64,000 bases of DNA, taken from Dipteris shenzhenensis (Eukaryota). The stretch is from assembly GCA_047967505.1 (NCBI GenBank), contig CM106538.1. The stretch is one strand, 5' to 3'. The notes below the pieces were generated by a model. That model saw only the letters and a program-made list of their open reading frames with translations. It was not told the DNA's origin and ran no database searches. The position numbers and the translations under genes are program-made. Positions 12,994-25,490 of the stretch are shown here, one piece after another (the stretch's first letter is position 1; every line of letters starts with the position of its first letter).

Positions 12994-13336
12994 ACTTTGA
13001 GAATTTTCTTCCCCCATTGGATTTGAAGGATATTAATTATCCTTAAACAATTTTATGTTTTGCATACTCTACAGAATCCTAAATGCTAGCTATTTCATGT
13101 ATTTTGAAATTATGTAAAATGAAAAAGACAAAGTTTTCAATATAACTAGTTTTTAGTATATTTGTGAAAATTGAAAGTTTTTTAAATTCCCTAGAATATT
13201 TAGCCAAGTTTTGAAACAAAAATTATAACAAAAGATATAATTCGCCAATTCTTTGAAACTTTTAAAATAATTTATGAAAAATTTCGCCAGTATATTATAA
13301 TACTATATTTCTATACCTTCGATAAAAACATCCCTG

Positions 13337-13423
13337 GCAGGTCTATCAAAGCTAGATATCCTATGGATAGGCTGAAATATGATGGATTTACAGCCATTCA
13401 CTATGCCTATATGGCCAAAGTTA
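13337..13423 (+). mobile_element. Continuation of the Copia family B copy after the hAT insertion
   Basis: GGATAGGCTGAAATATGATGGATTTACAGCCATTCACTATGCCTATATGG equals the reverse complement of ~22695-22745. Confidence 0.9.
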
Positions 13424-13680
13424 TGTTAGATATCAATGCTCCACTCTCGTGTAACTACGCGAGAACCAGCTAACTCTACTTGTAAGCCCCCCATATGAGG
13501 AGAAGGCATTTGAGTAGCTCGGTTATCCAATAGGTCCTAGTTTGGAAACCAGATGGGGGCCATGTGTGGCCTAATGGCTGGACAACTTCAAATAGAGTTG
13601 GCACACTGCCAACTAGGGTACATGCAAGTGTGGGAAGGCATCCCATGACTGACCGCACTGAAGGTAGATGGAGCATTTCT
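13424..13680 (+). mobile_element. Partial Copia LTR related to families A/C
   Basis: TGTTAGATAT start and the shared TTGTAAG(G/C)CCCCCATATGAGGAGAAG motif; 3' end not found. Confidence 0.7.
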
Positions 13681-15848
13681 CAGGGCATCCCATTTTCAGG
13701 TTGTGGGGCCCGTTTGGAGCCCCAGATGGATCCCAGATGGGAGGATGAAGGGGCACATCAGCCCCTAGAAGAACACGACCGACCACCACAGGAGTTCACA
13801 CCTGACCATGAAACATGGTATGAACCCATAACCTCCTTCCGATCGGTTGAGGATGTGGTACATATGTAGCAAAGCTTTCATCTCTCTAGGGAAGATATCA
13901 TGGACTCGGTGAGATCCCTCACCCAGAGTCATTCAACTTAGCTTCTGCAAGTGGTGGCAAGAGCACAAATGGCATACTTGGGAAGGCTACATCTGACTAG
14001 ATTATAAGATGATGCTACCCAAGGTAGAAACTAATGTGGGACTCCAATCTCAATAGAGAATCCATTTTTTATAGCATACAGCATTTTGGACCATATCTTG
14101 TTGTGCACGGTTTGAATGGAGAATCAACCCAACATTTATGCCCCACGCCGATGATGGAGTTGGCGCAATTTTGGAAAGATGTGAGAAGTAGATCCTAACA
14201 TTGCCTACAATTTTTCATGCTTTGATTTTTCTAGAATTGGCTCTTCCCTCACTCTAGCCACCCAAATGAGAGAGTTCAACATGACAATTACATCCTAATT
14301 GCATTTACCCCTGATCCAACAATTGTAGCCACAATGCATTTTTTTTGGCTATTGATAATTTGCAAAGGGATGTGCTAGCAGAAGACTTACCAGTTGAAGA
14401 GAACCACCAATAGTTGTGAGCAAAGATCATCTTCAATTTGAATGTGGACCCTTCATTCTCTCAAGTAATGTAGCTCTATGTATGTGTGATAAATCTTCAC
14501 GGGCATCACATACAAAATTTTTAAGATATGTTCAAGACACATTTTTGGAAACCTCTCCATCCATTTTGCCACATCTCCGATAGGACATTCGACTGCTACT
14601 ATTGCATCATGAATAATGCCCTCAAGTCTGACATTATGTACCAAACACAATCCATGCAAGGATTGTGAACAAGAAGGGCGGCATGTTAATAGGCATTGAT
14701 TATGTTAACACGTACATTGATCATGTTAACAAATCTGACCAATCCAAAGCCTATGAGTTTTGAGCCACAAATGGCTTCTTTTTGAAGTAGTCATAAGGAT
14801 TGCCCAAATTGGCAAGGATAACACAAGTTCCATTTGGATCTTGTATATCGATAACAAAACATCCATTTGGAGAAAAAGGAAGGTTGAGAGAATTAGCATA
14901 TTGGCCCAAGTCGTTGTAAAAAGAGAGAGAGTGGTACAAGGAATAGGATCGGCCCTCCCTTCAAAAGATGACTTGTATAAAAGGCCAAATGTTTGACTTT
15001 GGTCTTCATTGTGTACTTTCAAGGAATGGAATAGAAGCTATCTTTTATCTCATTCTCTTGCATTGAGTTTCTTTGTCCTTTCTTGTGAGTTGTATTGTGA
15101 TTTCCACTACCCCCTTACTCCCATCCCCCTCCCTCATGCTCTCTTCTCCACTACTACTACACACGGGCCTTGTTTTGAAGATTAAGCACACACAGTGCGC
15201 TAATGATTGGTACATAAAGTGGGATCAAAAAGGTTGGTATATACCGACCTTTGAAAGACTTGTTAATGGTTGGTATATATGTTAGATATGCCCAATGCAC
15301 CACCCTCCTAGTAACCACCAGTGGTCCAAGGTGCTGAAGTTGTAAGGCCCCCATATGAGGAGAAGCCATGTGTGAGCCCGGGACACTGGATGGATCCTGA
15401 CTTGCATGTCAGATGAGGTCTATCAATGAGACCGTTGATGGTAGGAAGGTGATTGTGTGGGAGCTCCTTATTCTTGCTGGGGGGTCCCAGGGGGGCCAGT
15501 GGCCCCCTGGTGGGGGTTTGGGGGTAGAAGTCCTTGAATATTCAATGGACGACTAGTTGGTTCCACCGACTAGGTCGACTGGTTGGCTCCACCAACTAGG
15601 TCCACTGATTGACCCCACTGATTACATTGATCCGACTACCACCCTCATAGCTATAAAGACGCGACCTCCCCAGTCCATTGTATCAGATCAGTTCAGAACA
15701 GACTAGATCACTGTGGGAGCACTTGGGTGGATGTAGCCATCATCTGTACTACATCGATATTAAAGGAAAATTTTATTCATATCCAGTTTTACTGTGTACT
15801 CTCTATTCTTTGTTCAGTTTTTGTTCCACTGTGCCGTGTAATTTAACA

Positions 15849-15860
15849 TGGTATCAGAGC
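15849..15860 (+). promoter_or_regulatory. Primer binding site (tRNA-iMet)
   Basis: TGGTATCAGAGC immediately after the LTR. Confidence 0.92.
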
Positions 15861-15997
15861 CTAGGCGGCTCTAAGCATTGAAGAGTAGAAGAGAGGCGAG
15901 GGCTTCAACAACATATGGAGTGATGGCAACATGAAGTGGCTCAACAGGAAGCGGCTCAAGTTCAATAGCTGCTGCTACTGCACCAATAATCCAGGCA

Positions 15998-18900
15998 TTG
16001 AGGATTCGCCCACCAGCCTTTAGTGAAGGCAAGCTAGATGGTACAAACTACACTTTGTGGAAGTTTAAAATTACTGCTATTCTGGATTCGTATGAGCTTC
16101 TGGAGATAGTACTGGGGACTGACCCAGAACCACAAGGAACCCCCGACCCAGTAAATCCAAGGAGCATGATACCTCATAATGCTGACCTTCTATGAGCTTG
16201 GAAATGCAAGAACGCAGATGCTCTGTATGCCCTAGTTACAAGTAGTACTGATAGTTTTTTGACCTTGATTCAGCATACATCTAAGGCAACTATGGCTTGG
16301 AACATATTGAAGAGTCAGTATGAGACGTGGAATCAGACAAGGATCCAAAACTTGGAGAATCAATTCACAGCTGAGAAGTTTAATGAAGGAGAGACAACAG
16401 ACGCGTTCATAACTTGAATCAAAAATCTATGTGACCAGATGGCTGGTGCTGGGATACAAAAGACTAGCGAAGAGCTAGTTCGGCAGTGTCTCCGGATATG
16501 TCCACTAAGGTTTGATGGACTAGTAACAGCGTTTAACACTCAAGTGAGACCTCAACCATTGTCATTTGACGAGTTTTGTGCTTTACTTATGGAGGAGGAA
16601 TTGAGGCTTAAAGCTCGAGATAGAGGCAGCAATGGGGATGCCATGTTCTCTGCCACTACGAAAGGCAAAGGCGGTTCCTCCACCAAAGGTGAGTCCTCTA
16701 CGAGTGGCGACAAAAAGAAGAAGGGTGGCAAGAAGAAGTTTTAGGGAGAATGCTTCTATTGCAAGAAGAAGGGCCATGTGATTGTAGATTGCCATGTCAA
16801 GAAAGCAGATGAAAAGAATGATATCCTGAAGAAGACAGATAAGGGGAAAGAGATAGCTAACACAGTGGATTGGATCTATTTCTCGCCATTGAGGAAGAGT
16901 GTTCCTTAGTTCAAGAAGTGTTAACCATTGATTCATGGGTGTTGGATAGTGGTGCCTCCCATCACATGACCTGTAAGAAGAGTCTATATTGTTCCATGCA
17001 GCCTCTATAGGAACCCATCACTGTGATGGTTGGAAATAATGCAAAGTGCCCTATTGAGGGTACAGGTATGGTTTCATTTGTTTTTGTAAATGGAGATGTT
17101 AAGAAACTATCTAATATGCTGTATGTTCAACAAATCAAGAGAAATTTGCTATCAGTTGCTTCCATAATTGACCTTGACCATGAGGTGAGGTTCAATAAGA
17201 CAGGAGCAAAAATTATGGATAGTGTGTTGGCACATGAGTAAGGAGGAACAACTTGTATGAGCTAAGTGCTCTTACAGCCACTGCTGGAGTGGGCACAAGC
17301 AGACTTTGGCACAAAAGATTTGGCCACATCAGATTTGCAGTGCTGAAGGAGATGCAGAAGCAAGGTATGGTTGCTCACTTACCTGCAGTAGCAAAAATCA
17401 AAGAACCATGTGAAGCTTGCATGATGCGCAAGCAACAGAGAAAGGCATTCCCACAAGAAAACAAGAATAGAGCAAACGCTCCTCTAGAGTTGGTGCATGT
17501 TGACTTGTGCAGTAAGATGCCTACATAGGCCTTGGGGGGATCTTCCTATTTTTTATTGATTGTCAATGACTATAGTAGGAAGATGTGGGTGTACTTTCTT
17601 CGCAAAAGCCTCAAGCTTTTGGTAAATTGAAAGAATGGCTACAGCTTGTTGAAAATGAAACAGGGAGAAAAGTGACGAAAATCAAATCAGATGGTGGTGG
17701 TGAGTTTGTTTCTACAGAGTTTGGAGATTTTTGCAAGAGCAAAGGGATCAAGAGACAAACGATGACACCACATATGCCTTAGCAAAATTTGGTTGTTAAT
17801 GTCGAATGTGGACCACCATGGAGATGGGGAGGTGTATGTTGAAAGGTGCTCGATTGTGAAACCGCTTTTGGGCTGAGGCTATCAATACTGTAGTTTACAT
17901 CCTTAATCGTAGCTATACAAAGGCACTCAAAGGTAAAACACCACATGAAGCTTACAACAGTAAGAATCCATCTGTCTCCCACTTCAGAACCTTTGGGTGT
18001 GAATGCTATGCGCATGTACTAGACAAAGAGAGAAACAAGCTACAACCAAAAAGCACCAAATGTATCTTCTTAGGCTATTGTGATGAGAAGAAAGCCTATA
18101 AGTTTTATGACCGAGAGACAAAGAAGATCATAGCAAGCCACGATGTGGTGTTTAGGAAGCAGCCATATGCAGTGGAGGTAGAGAAGAGCTCTTCCACTTT
18201 ATCATCAAGCGAAGAGGTAATTCGCTATGGACTTGTCCCAGGAGCTATAAAGGAGGAGGAAATATCAGATGATGAAGGTGTAAGTCACCAACCTATTGTT
18301 ACACCATCGGAAAAGCCATTGCTACGATGGGTAAGGCACCTTTATGACCATGATAACCATATGCCTATGTTTGTTGAGCAGCATCCAGATGGACCAAGGC
18401 AGTCTCAGAGAATTGAGGAGCAAAGGAGAGCTTCTGCTCACATAGTCAATATGGCCTTGATGGCTAAGATCATTGCAGAAGTAAAGGAGCCTGCAAGTTT
18501 GGAGGAAGCACTTGAAAACTGAGATTGGAAAAACGCTATGTAAGTAGAATATGACAGCATCATGAAGAATGAAACTTGGGAGCTAGTAGATCAACCACCT
18601 AATAGAAAGGTTATTGGCACCAAGTGGGTTTGGAAGGTAAAGTACAAGGCTAATGGGACTTTGGAAAAGTACAAAGCGAGATTGGTTGCATAAGGATTTT
18701 CGCAGGTTGAAGGGTTTGATTTTCAAGAATCTTTCACTCCGACTACTAGAATGACCACTATTTGCACAGTACTATTGGTGGCTACTCATAAAAAGTGGCC
18801 AGTTTATCAAATGGATGTAAAATCAACATTCTTGAATGGTGACCTCAAGGAGGAGGTGTACATGGCTCAGCCACCTGGGTTTGAGGCCCCCCATTTTGAG

Positions 18901-20001
18901 AACAAGGTATGTAAGCTGAAGAAGGCTCTATATGGGTTGAAACAGGCCCCAAGAGCATGGTACCAACGGATACACAGATTCTTTCATAAATTAAACTTCA
19001 AAAGATGTGCCTCAGATGCTAACTTGTATGTGTATAGGAAAGGTGGAAACTCTGCTATTATGTGGATGATCTCCTTATTACAGGTGACTATGAAGACATG
19101 ATCCAACAGGCTAGAAAGGCATTGAGCATAGAGTTTGAGATGACAGATTTAAGCTTGATGCACTACTATTTGGGGATTGAAGTCTAGCAAGAGCCAGGCA
19201 AGATCTTCATCTCTCAGTAGAAATATGCAAGGGAGACCTTGAAGGCGTTTGGTATGTCTGAGAGCAAGGAGATAGCTACACCTATGGAGGTAAATGCGAG
19301 GTTGTCTATGGAGGATGCCTCACCACCAACAGACATCGAGAGGTATAGGAAGTTGGTCGGCAGTCTCATCTATTTGTGCAACACTAGACCGGACATCAGT
19401 TTCGCTATTGGCATTTTGAGCAACTTCTCCAATAAGCCCAGGAGAATCATTGGAATGCAGGGATGTAGATGCTCAGGTATGTGAGGGGCACTCTTGATTA
19501 TGGCATCACCTATGATACGAGCACTTCCTTGGCTGGACATTGTGACTCAAATTGGGTTGGAGATGTTGATTCTAGGAAATCAATTTTTGGATATTGTTTC
19601 TCTTTAGGTTCAGGTATCTTTTCTTGGATCAATAAGAAATAACCAACAGTGGCATTGTCTTCTACCGAGGCTGAGTACAAAAGGTAGCATGTTTTGCTGC
19701 TTGTGAAGCAGTGTGGCTGAGGAGGATCTTGTGGCACATGGGAGTGCAAGAGGATGAGGCAACTGTGCTGAGGTTTGACAATCAAAGTTGCATGGCCATT
19801 GCTAAAAATCTAGTGTTTCATGCATGCACAAAACATATAGAGATTCAGTATCACTATGTGCATGATTTGATCGAAGAAGGGATAGTGGAATTGGTCTACT
19901 GTCCAAGAGAGAAAAATGGAGGAGATATCTTCACCAAGGCACTTGGGAAGGATCAGCTTCAAGGTCATCTTCAAAGACTCGGCATTGGGCTGAGAAGGTA
20001 G
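15998..20001 (+). pseudogene. Copia gag-PR-IN-RT-RH polyprotein, many stops/frameshifts
   Basis: KLDGTNYTLWKFK, CCHC knuckle, [51 protein letters not shown]. Confidence 0.93.
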
Positions 20002-20774
20002 TTTACCTATGGGTTGACATTGAGGGGGGGTGTTAGATATGCTCAATGCCCCAACCTCCTGGTAACCACCAGTGGTCCAAGGTGCTCAACTTGTAAGGCC
20101 CCCATATGAGGAGAATCCATGTGTGAGCTCAGGAGTCCGACATTGGATGGATCTTGACTTGCATGTCAAATGAGGTCTATCAATGAGACCGTTGATGGTA
20201 GAAAGGTGATTGTGTGGGAGCCCCTTATTCTTGCTAGGGCCTGGGGGGTCCTAGGGGGGCCAACGGCCCTCCTATTAGGGGTTTGGGGGCGGAAGCCCCC
20301 GAAGCAACGCTACTGTTGGGGGTTTGGGGGCGGAAGCCCCCGAAGCAACGCTATAGGGAATATTCCTTGAATATTCCATGGACAACTAGGTTGACTGGTC
20401 GGCTCCATCAACTAGGTCGACTGGTCGACTCCATCGACTACGTTGATCCAACTACTGCCCTCATAGCTATAAAGAGGTGACTTCCCTAGTCTATTGTATC
20501 AGATCAGTTCAGATCAGATCAGATCTTCCAACTAGTAGCTCTTCACCTAGTATCTGTCTAGATCACCATCTAAGCTCCACTATGGGAGTGCACGGGTGGA
20601 CGGAGCCATCATCTATACTACATCGGTATTGAAGGAAAATTTTGTTCATATCCAATTTTGCTATGTACTCTCTATTCTTTGTTCAGTTTCTGTTTTGCTG
20701 CGCCGTGTAATGTAACAATATACTGACTCATAAGGTTGGTATATATCGAACTTTACAAGTCTGTTAAAGGTCTA

Positions 20775-23700
20775 TGAAGAGAGTGGGAGAGAAGGAAAAA
20801 GGCTCACTTACAGCTTTCTCACATACACAATGGGGGAATATACAAAAAGGTGGAGGCTGAAAATAGTTTTTCTCTTCTTAGTTGTGAAAGCCAAAAGAAC
20901 TCTAAGTACAAAACAATAGGTGAACCCTCTATGTGGGTCTCAAACCAAACTCAGCTAACTATGGTGGCATATTAACTAAGCCACTAACTAGAATACATAA
21001 AGATAGCTGTCATCTAGCCATTATTCATGGGCGGTGTACCAACCACATCTTTAGCTAACAAGTCGGTGACATAAATGCACAATGGTCACCCTGGAAAATC
21101 ACTGGAGCTCGATATCTCAACACCCCCCCTCGAGCTCAATCCCAATTCCTGCACACCAAGAAGGTCTCTGAACTTGCGCAACTTCTCTGCACCCAATGCC
21201 TTTGTGAATATGTTAGCTACCTGATCCTCTGTACTGACATAAACTAAATCAATAAAACCTACTAGAACCTTCTCCCACACATAGTGATAATGCACCTCAA
21301 TGTGCTTTGTTCTAGCATGATAGACTGGGTTATTTGCCAAGTGTATACTGCTCATGTTGTCACAATAAATGACAACTGGCCCATCTATAGGTTGATGCCT
21401 ATCATAAAGTAGCTTATACAACCAAGCTACCTCACATGCAGCCATTGCTGCACCCCTGTACTCAGCCTCTGTGCTCGACAAGGAAACTGTAGGTTGTTTC
21501 TTGCTACTTTAAGTGACTGCAGCACTCCCAAAAGAGAACATATATCCACTTGTAGATCGTCTATCAGAAATACTACCAACCCAATAAGCATCAGTGTATC
21601 CATGCAACTGTATCTGAACCCCAGTCTCATAAAATAGTCCATAATACAATGTGGACTTCACACACCTCAGTATGCATCTAGCCACATCCAAATGCGGTTT
21701 CCTTGGAGCTTGCATAAACTGACTTACCAAACCAATAGCATAGCTCAAATCTAGCTTGGTAATAGTCATATAAATCAAACTTCCTACTATGCATCTGTAC
21801 ATAGTAGGGTCTTCTAGAAGCTCACTTGCATCTGTGCTCAGCATCACATTCTGCTCCAAAGAAACTGAAATAGGCTTACAGCTTTTCATCCCACATTTGG
21901 ACAGCATGTCCAATCCATACTGCCTTTGCAAGAGCCATATCCCACTTGTGGATCTAATCACCTCAATGCCCAAGAAGTAAGAAGTAACACAGCTCTCCCA
22001 AATCCTTCATCTCAAAAATCTACTTCAATAGCATTCTCACATGAAGGATATCTTCATCCCTATCACCTGTGAGGATCAAATCATCAACATAAATGACAAA
22101 TAGCCTAATACGTTTCTCTGTTTTTCTCACATAAAGTGAGAAATCTGCCTTGGAAATCTGAAATCCAATAGTGACAAGATATTGTCCTATCTTGTCAGAC
22201 CATGCTCTGGGTGCTTGCTTCAAGCCATACAAGGCTTTCTTCAACTTGCAAAAAAACTCAGGATGAACAGCATGGACATAACCTGGTGGTTGCTCCATAT
22301 AGACCTCTTCTTGCAAATCACCATGCAAGAAGGCATTCTTTACATTTATCTAATGTAAAGACCATCCCTTTAATGCAGCCATAGCAATGACTGCTCTTGT
22401 GGTTGCCATCCTTGCAACAAGACTGAATGTTTCTTCACAATCAATGCCATATGTCTGTGCATACCCCTTGACAACTAATCTTGCCTTGTATCTATTCATA
22501 GAATCATCTGCATTGTGCTTCACCTTATAAACCCACTTGCAGCCAATTGCATTCTTGTCTTTAGGCAAAGGCACCAATTCTCATGTAGCATTTGATTCCA
22601 AGGCATCCATTTCTTCATCCATGGCTTTCTCTCATTTTTCTTTTCCCATGGCTTGCTCAAAAGAAGTGGGTTTTGGTTCATGTATCACTTTGACCATATA
22701 GGCATAGTGAATGGCTGTAAATCCATCATATTTCAGCCTATCCACAAGATACCTAGATTTGGGAAGACCTGCACAAAATAGGCTCACTACCAGGTGCTCT
22801 CAAAGCATCCCTTGTCTTTCTTACTCCAGTAGAAGGAATACCCAACTCATCATCAAGGCTCTGTTCTGAGCCACTGGATTCACCATCCACATAAGAGTGA
22901 CCTACATTCACATCAACCATGGGCTGATCTACTTTCTCTTTTCCTTTTCATGATACTTGCATACCATTATCTGCATTGCTTTGAGGAGATCCTCCTGATC
23001 TCAATTTGCCTGTCCATGGCGAAGTATGTGAACCACTGCTTGAGGACACTACAGGTCCACTAATATTTTGTGATTGCTGTTGTGAATTCTATGCAACATT
23101 ACCAATTTTTGCATCTACATCATCAATCACATTTACTGGTTTATACCAGCTGTGCTCATCTCATCAAAAACAACATCTCTGCTCACTGTAAACTTACGCA
23201 TAGAAGGGTTATAGCATCTATACCCTTTCTACTACAGAGAATAACCAATGAAGATGCACTTCTCAACGTTTGGCTCCAACTTGGATCTCAACTCATCTGG
23301 CACATGAACATAGGCAATGCAACAAAAAACTTTCAAATGAGAAATATCTAGTTTCCTACCAGTATACCTCTCCTTTGGCATCATGCCATGTATTGCTATA
23401 GTGGGAGTCCTGTTCATTATGTAGACTACTGTAGTAATTGCTTCAACCCAATAATAATTTGGCAGGTCTTTTTTCTTAAGCATGGCATGAGATACCTCTC
23501 CAATATGCCTATTTTTCCTTTCTGCAAGTCCATTTTGTTGTGGTATGACTGCATGAATATTGCTACTTTATGCCATGCTCTTGCAGGAAACTTGCAAATT
23601 CAATTGAGAAGTACTCTCCCCCTCCATCTAACCTTAGGCATTTTATTTGCAGGCCTGTTTCTTTTTCAATGATAGCTTTAAAAGCTTTGAAATGCCCAAA

Positions 23701-24405
23701 CACTTCACTTTTCTTTTTCATAAAATACACCCAAACTTTTCTGCTATAGTCATCAATAAAAGTTACAAAATAATGATAGCCTCTAATAGATGCAACTTTA
23801 GTAGTCCACAAATCAGAGTGGATTAATTCCAATGGCCTCTTACTCTCTTGAACATGTCTAGGAAATGGTTTCCTTGCCTATTTTCCAAATTGATAGGCTT
23901 CATATACCTTATGCATTTTTGCAAACTTGAATTAATTTAAGTCACTGTACATTAACATGACCAATGAGTTTATGCTAGATATCAATATTTGCAACTAGAC
24001 CGGTCCCATGTGCAAACATTGTTGCACTCAATTCAGGCATGTTCGCATCCAACGTAAACATCTAGCCCTTCTTCTTCCCTTTTTCTATCAAGCGACCTTT
24101 ATTTTTCATATCCTCAACAAAGCATCCATGATGATTAAATCTGACCTGCAAGCCCTGCTCAACCATTTGACCAATAGAAATCAGGTTCTTGGTGATATTC
24201 AGGACATGAAATACATCAGACAGGTATTTCTTTTTTCCATGCTACATAGACAAATGAATTTTACCAATTTTCACAATAGGATGTGCACTATCATCACCAG
24301 TCTCCACAAATCCTAGTCTTTCCATTTTCCTTGCATCTTGCATCCATTCTGCATGACATGTCATGTGGTTTGACGCACCTGAGTCAACATACCACACATC
24401 ATTGC
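20775..24405 (-). mobile_element. Ty1/Copia family B, 5'-truncated, with 3' LTR
   Basis: 3' LTR 21122->20775, PPT 21123-21130. RH (SSTEAEY, RTKHIEVHYH), RT ([21 protein letters not shown]), IN, and protease WYVDSGASNHMT at ~24360-24395, where homology stops. Confidence 0.93.
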
Positions 24406-24485
24406 TTTAGGATCTCTTATGCAAGAGAGAAAAGCAGATAGTATGGAGAATCAAAAATTTGATTACTGTAAAACTGATACAATAG

Positions 24486-25122
24486 ATGGAGCTGCTTCCC
24501 AGCCGTGCGCTCCTATGTGAGGAGCTTCGATGGCATGCTAGAAATAATAGAGGATAGAGGCTGGATGCTAAGGAATCTGGCGTGGGTGTGAAGCTCACTT
24601 CACTGGGTGGTGAGGAGTATTATTATAGCAAGTCTGCACCTGCAATTACATGCAACCAAGCTGAGTATTCGGCACTCATTTTTGGGCTGAGAAAGGCACA
24701 AGAACATCACGTCAAGCAACTTGAGGTGCAAGGAGATTCTCAACTAGTGTGTGAACAAGTTAGTGGAAGGTGGAAGGTGCGGAGCAAAGGCTTGGTTCCA
24801 TGACATCGACAAGCATTGGAACTTTGCAACCAATTTGAAGAGGTAAAAATTCAGCATATCCCTTGAGCTCAAAATCTAGTTGTTGATTTCTTGGCACGTG
24901 AAGCTTGTACTTCAATCATGCATGATGCGAGTGGAAGCACCACCCCAACAAAGCTACAAGCCACGAAGGAGGGTAATCATTTGTAAGGAATGCAAAGGTT
25001 GTGGTCATCATGAAACTAAGTGTTGGGCATATTTGATACGAGTTTACCGACTTCAAAAGATCATCAGAAAGGTCCTCAAGGACATTGCTCAAAAGAAGGA
25101 TGCTAGACCGCACACCCCTTGA
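24486..25122 (+). pseudogene. Archaeal/cellular-type RNase HI domain followed by a Zn-knuckle-like motif
   Basis: SFDG (frameshifted FDGAC.NN), TCNQAEYSALIFGL, LEVQGDSQLVCEQVSGRWKV, IQHIP*AQNLVVDFLA, then CKGCGHHETKCW. Confidence 0.85.
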
Positions 25123-25490
25123 AGAAATAGCATGGCAATTACAAGAACTGGAAGAAGCTAAAGGTGATGTGCAAGCTCTTTAACTGTTGGCATTTGTCAT
25201 GGCATTCTTGTTTGCCTTGATGAACAACCTCATGCAGCGCCATGTCTCTAACCCTTGCTTGTAAGATGGATGCGATATCATGAGGGTTGGTCCTTTTAAG
25301 ATTGTCTATGAGCTATTCTATGTTGAAGATTCTTCCCGTGTAGTATTTCACAATATGCCAGTCACACCCTACCCTGCCTATGTGTGCTTTGTGGATGTAT
25401 CCTCACCCGATTTTTAGTTCAAGCTTCCTCTTTCTATTGTTTGTAAATAGATAACCCTCGTTTTGTCTCTCTCTTTTCCCTTTTCCAAGC

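Larger units (their letters stand above)
2147..13336 (+). mobile_element. hAT DNA transposon, ~11.2 kb, with kinase cargo
   Basis: Left end CATGGATGATTTTT; right end reverse complement CAGGGATGTTTTT (Ac-like). Flanks CCAGGTCT (2139-2146) and GCAGGTCT (13337-13344) form an 8-bp TSD, 7/8 identical. The flanking Copia sequence is contiguous in the paralogue at ~22700-22800(-). Internal hAT transposase present. Confidence 0.9.
15280..20717 (+). mobile_element. Full-length Ty1/Copia element, family A (degenerate)
   Basis: 5' LTR 15280-15848 and 3' LTR 20031-20717 (TG..CA); TSD ATATA on both sides; PBS TGGTATCAGAGC 15849-15860; PPT 20022-20030. Confidence 0.96.
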
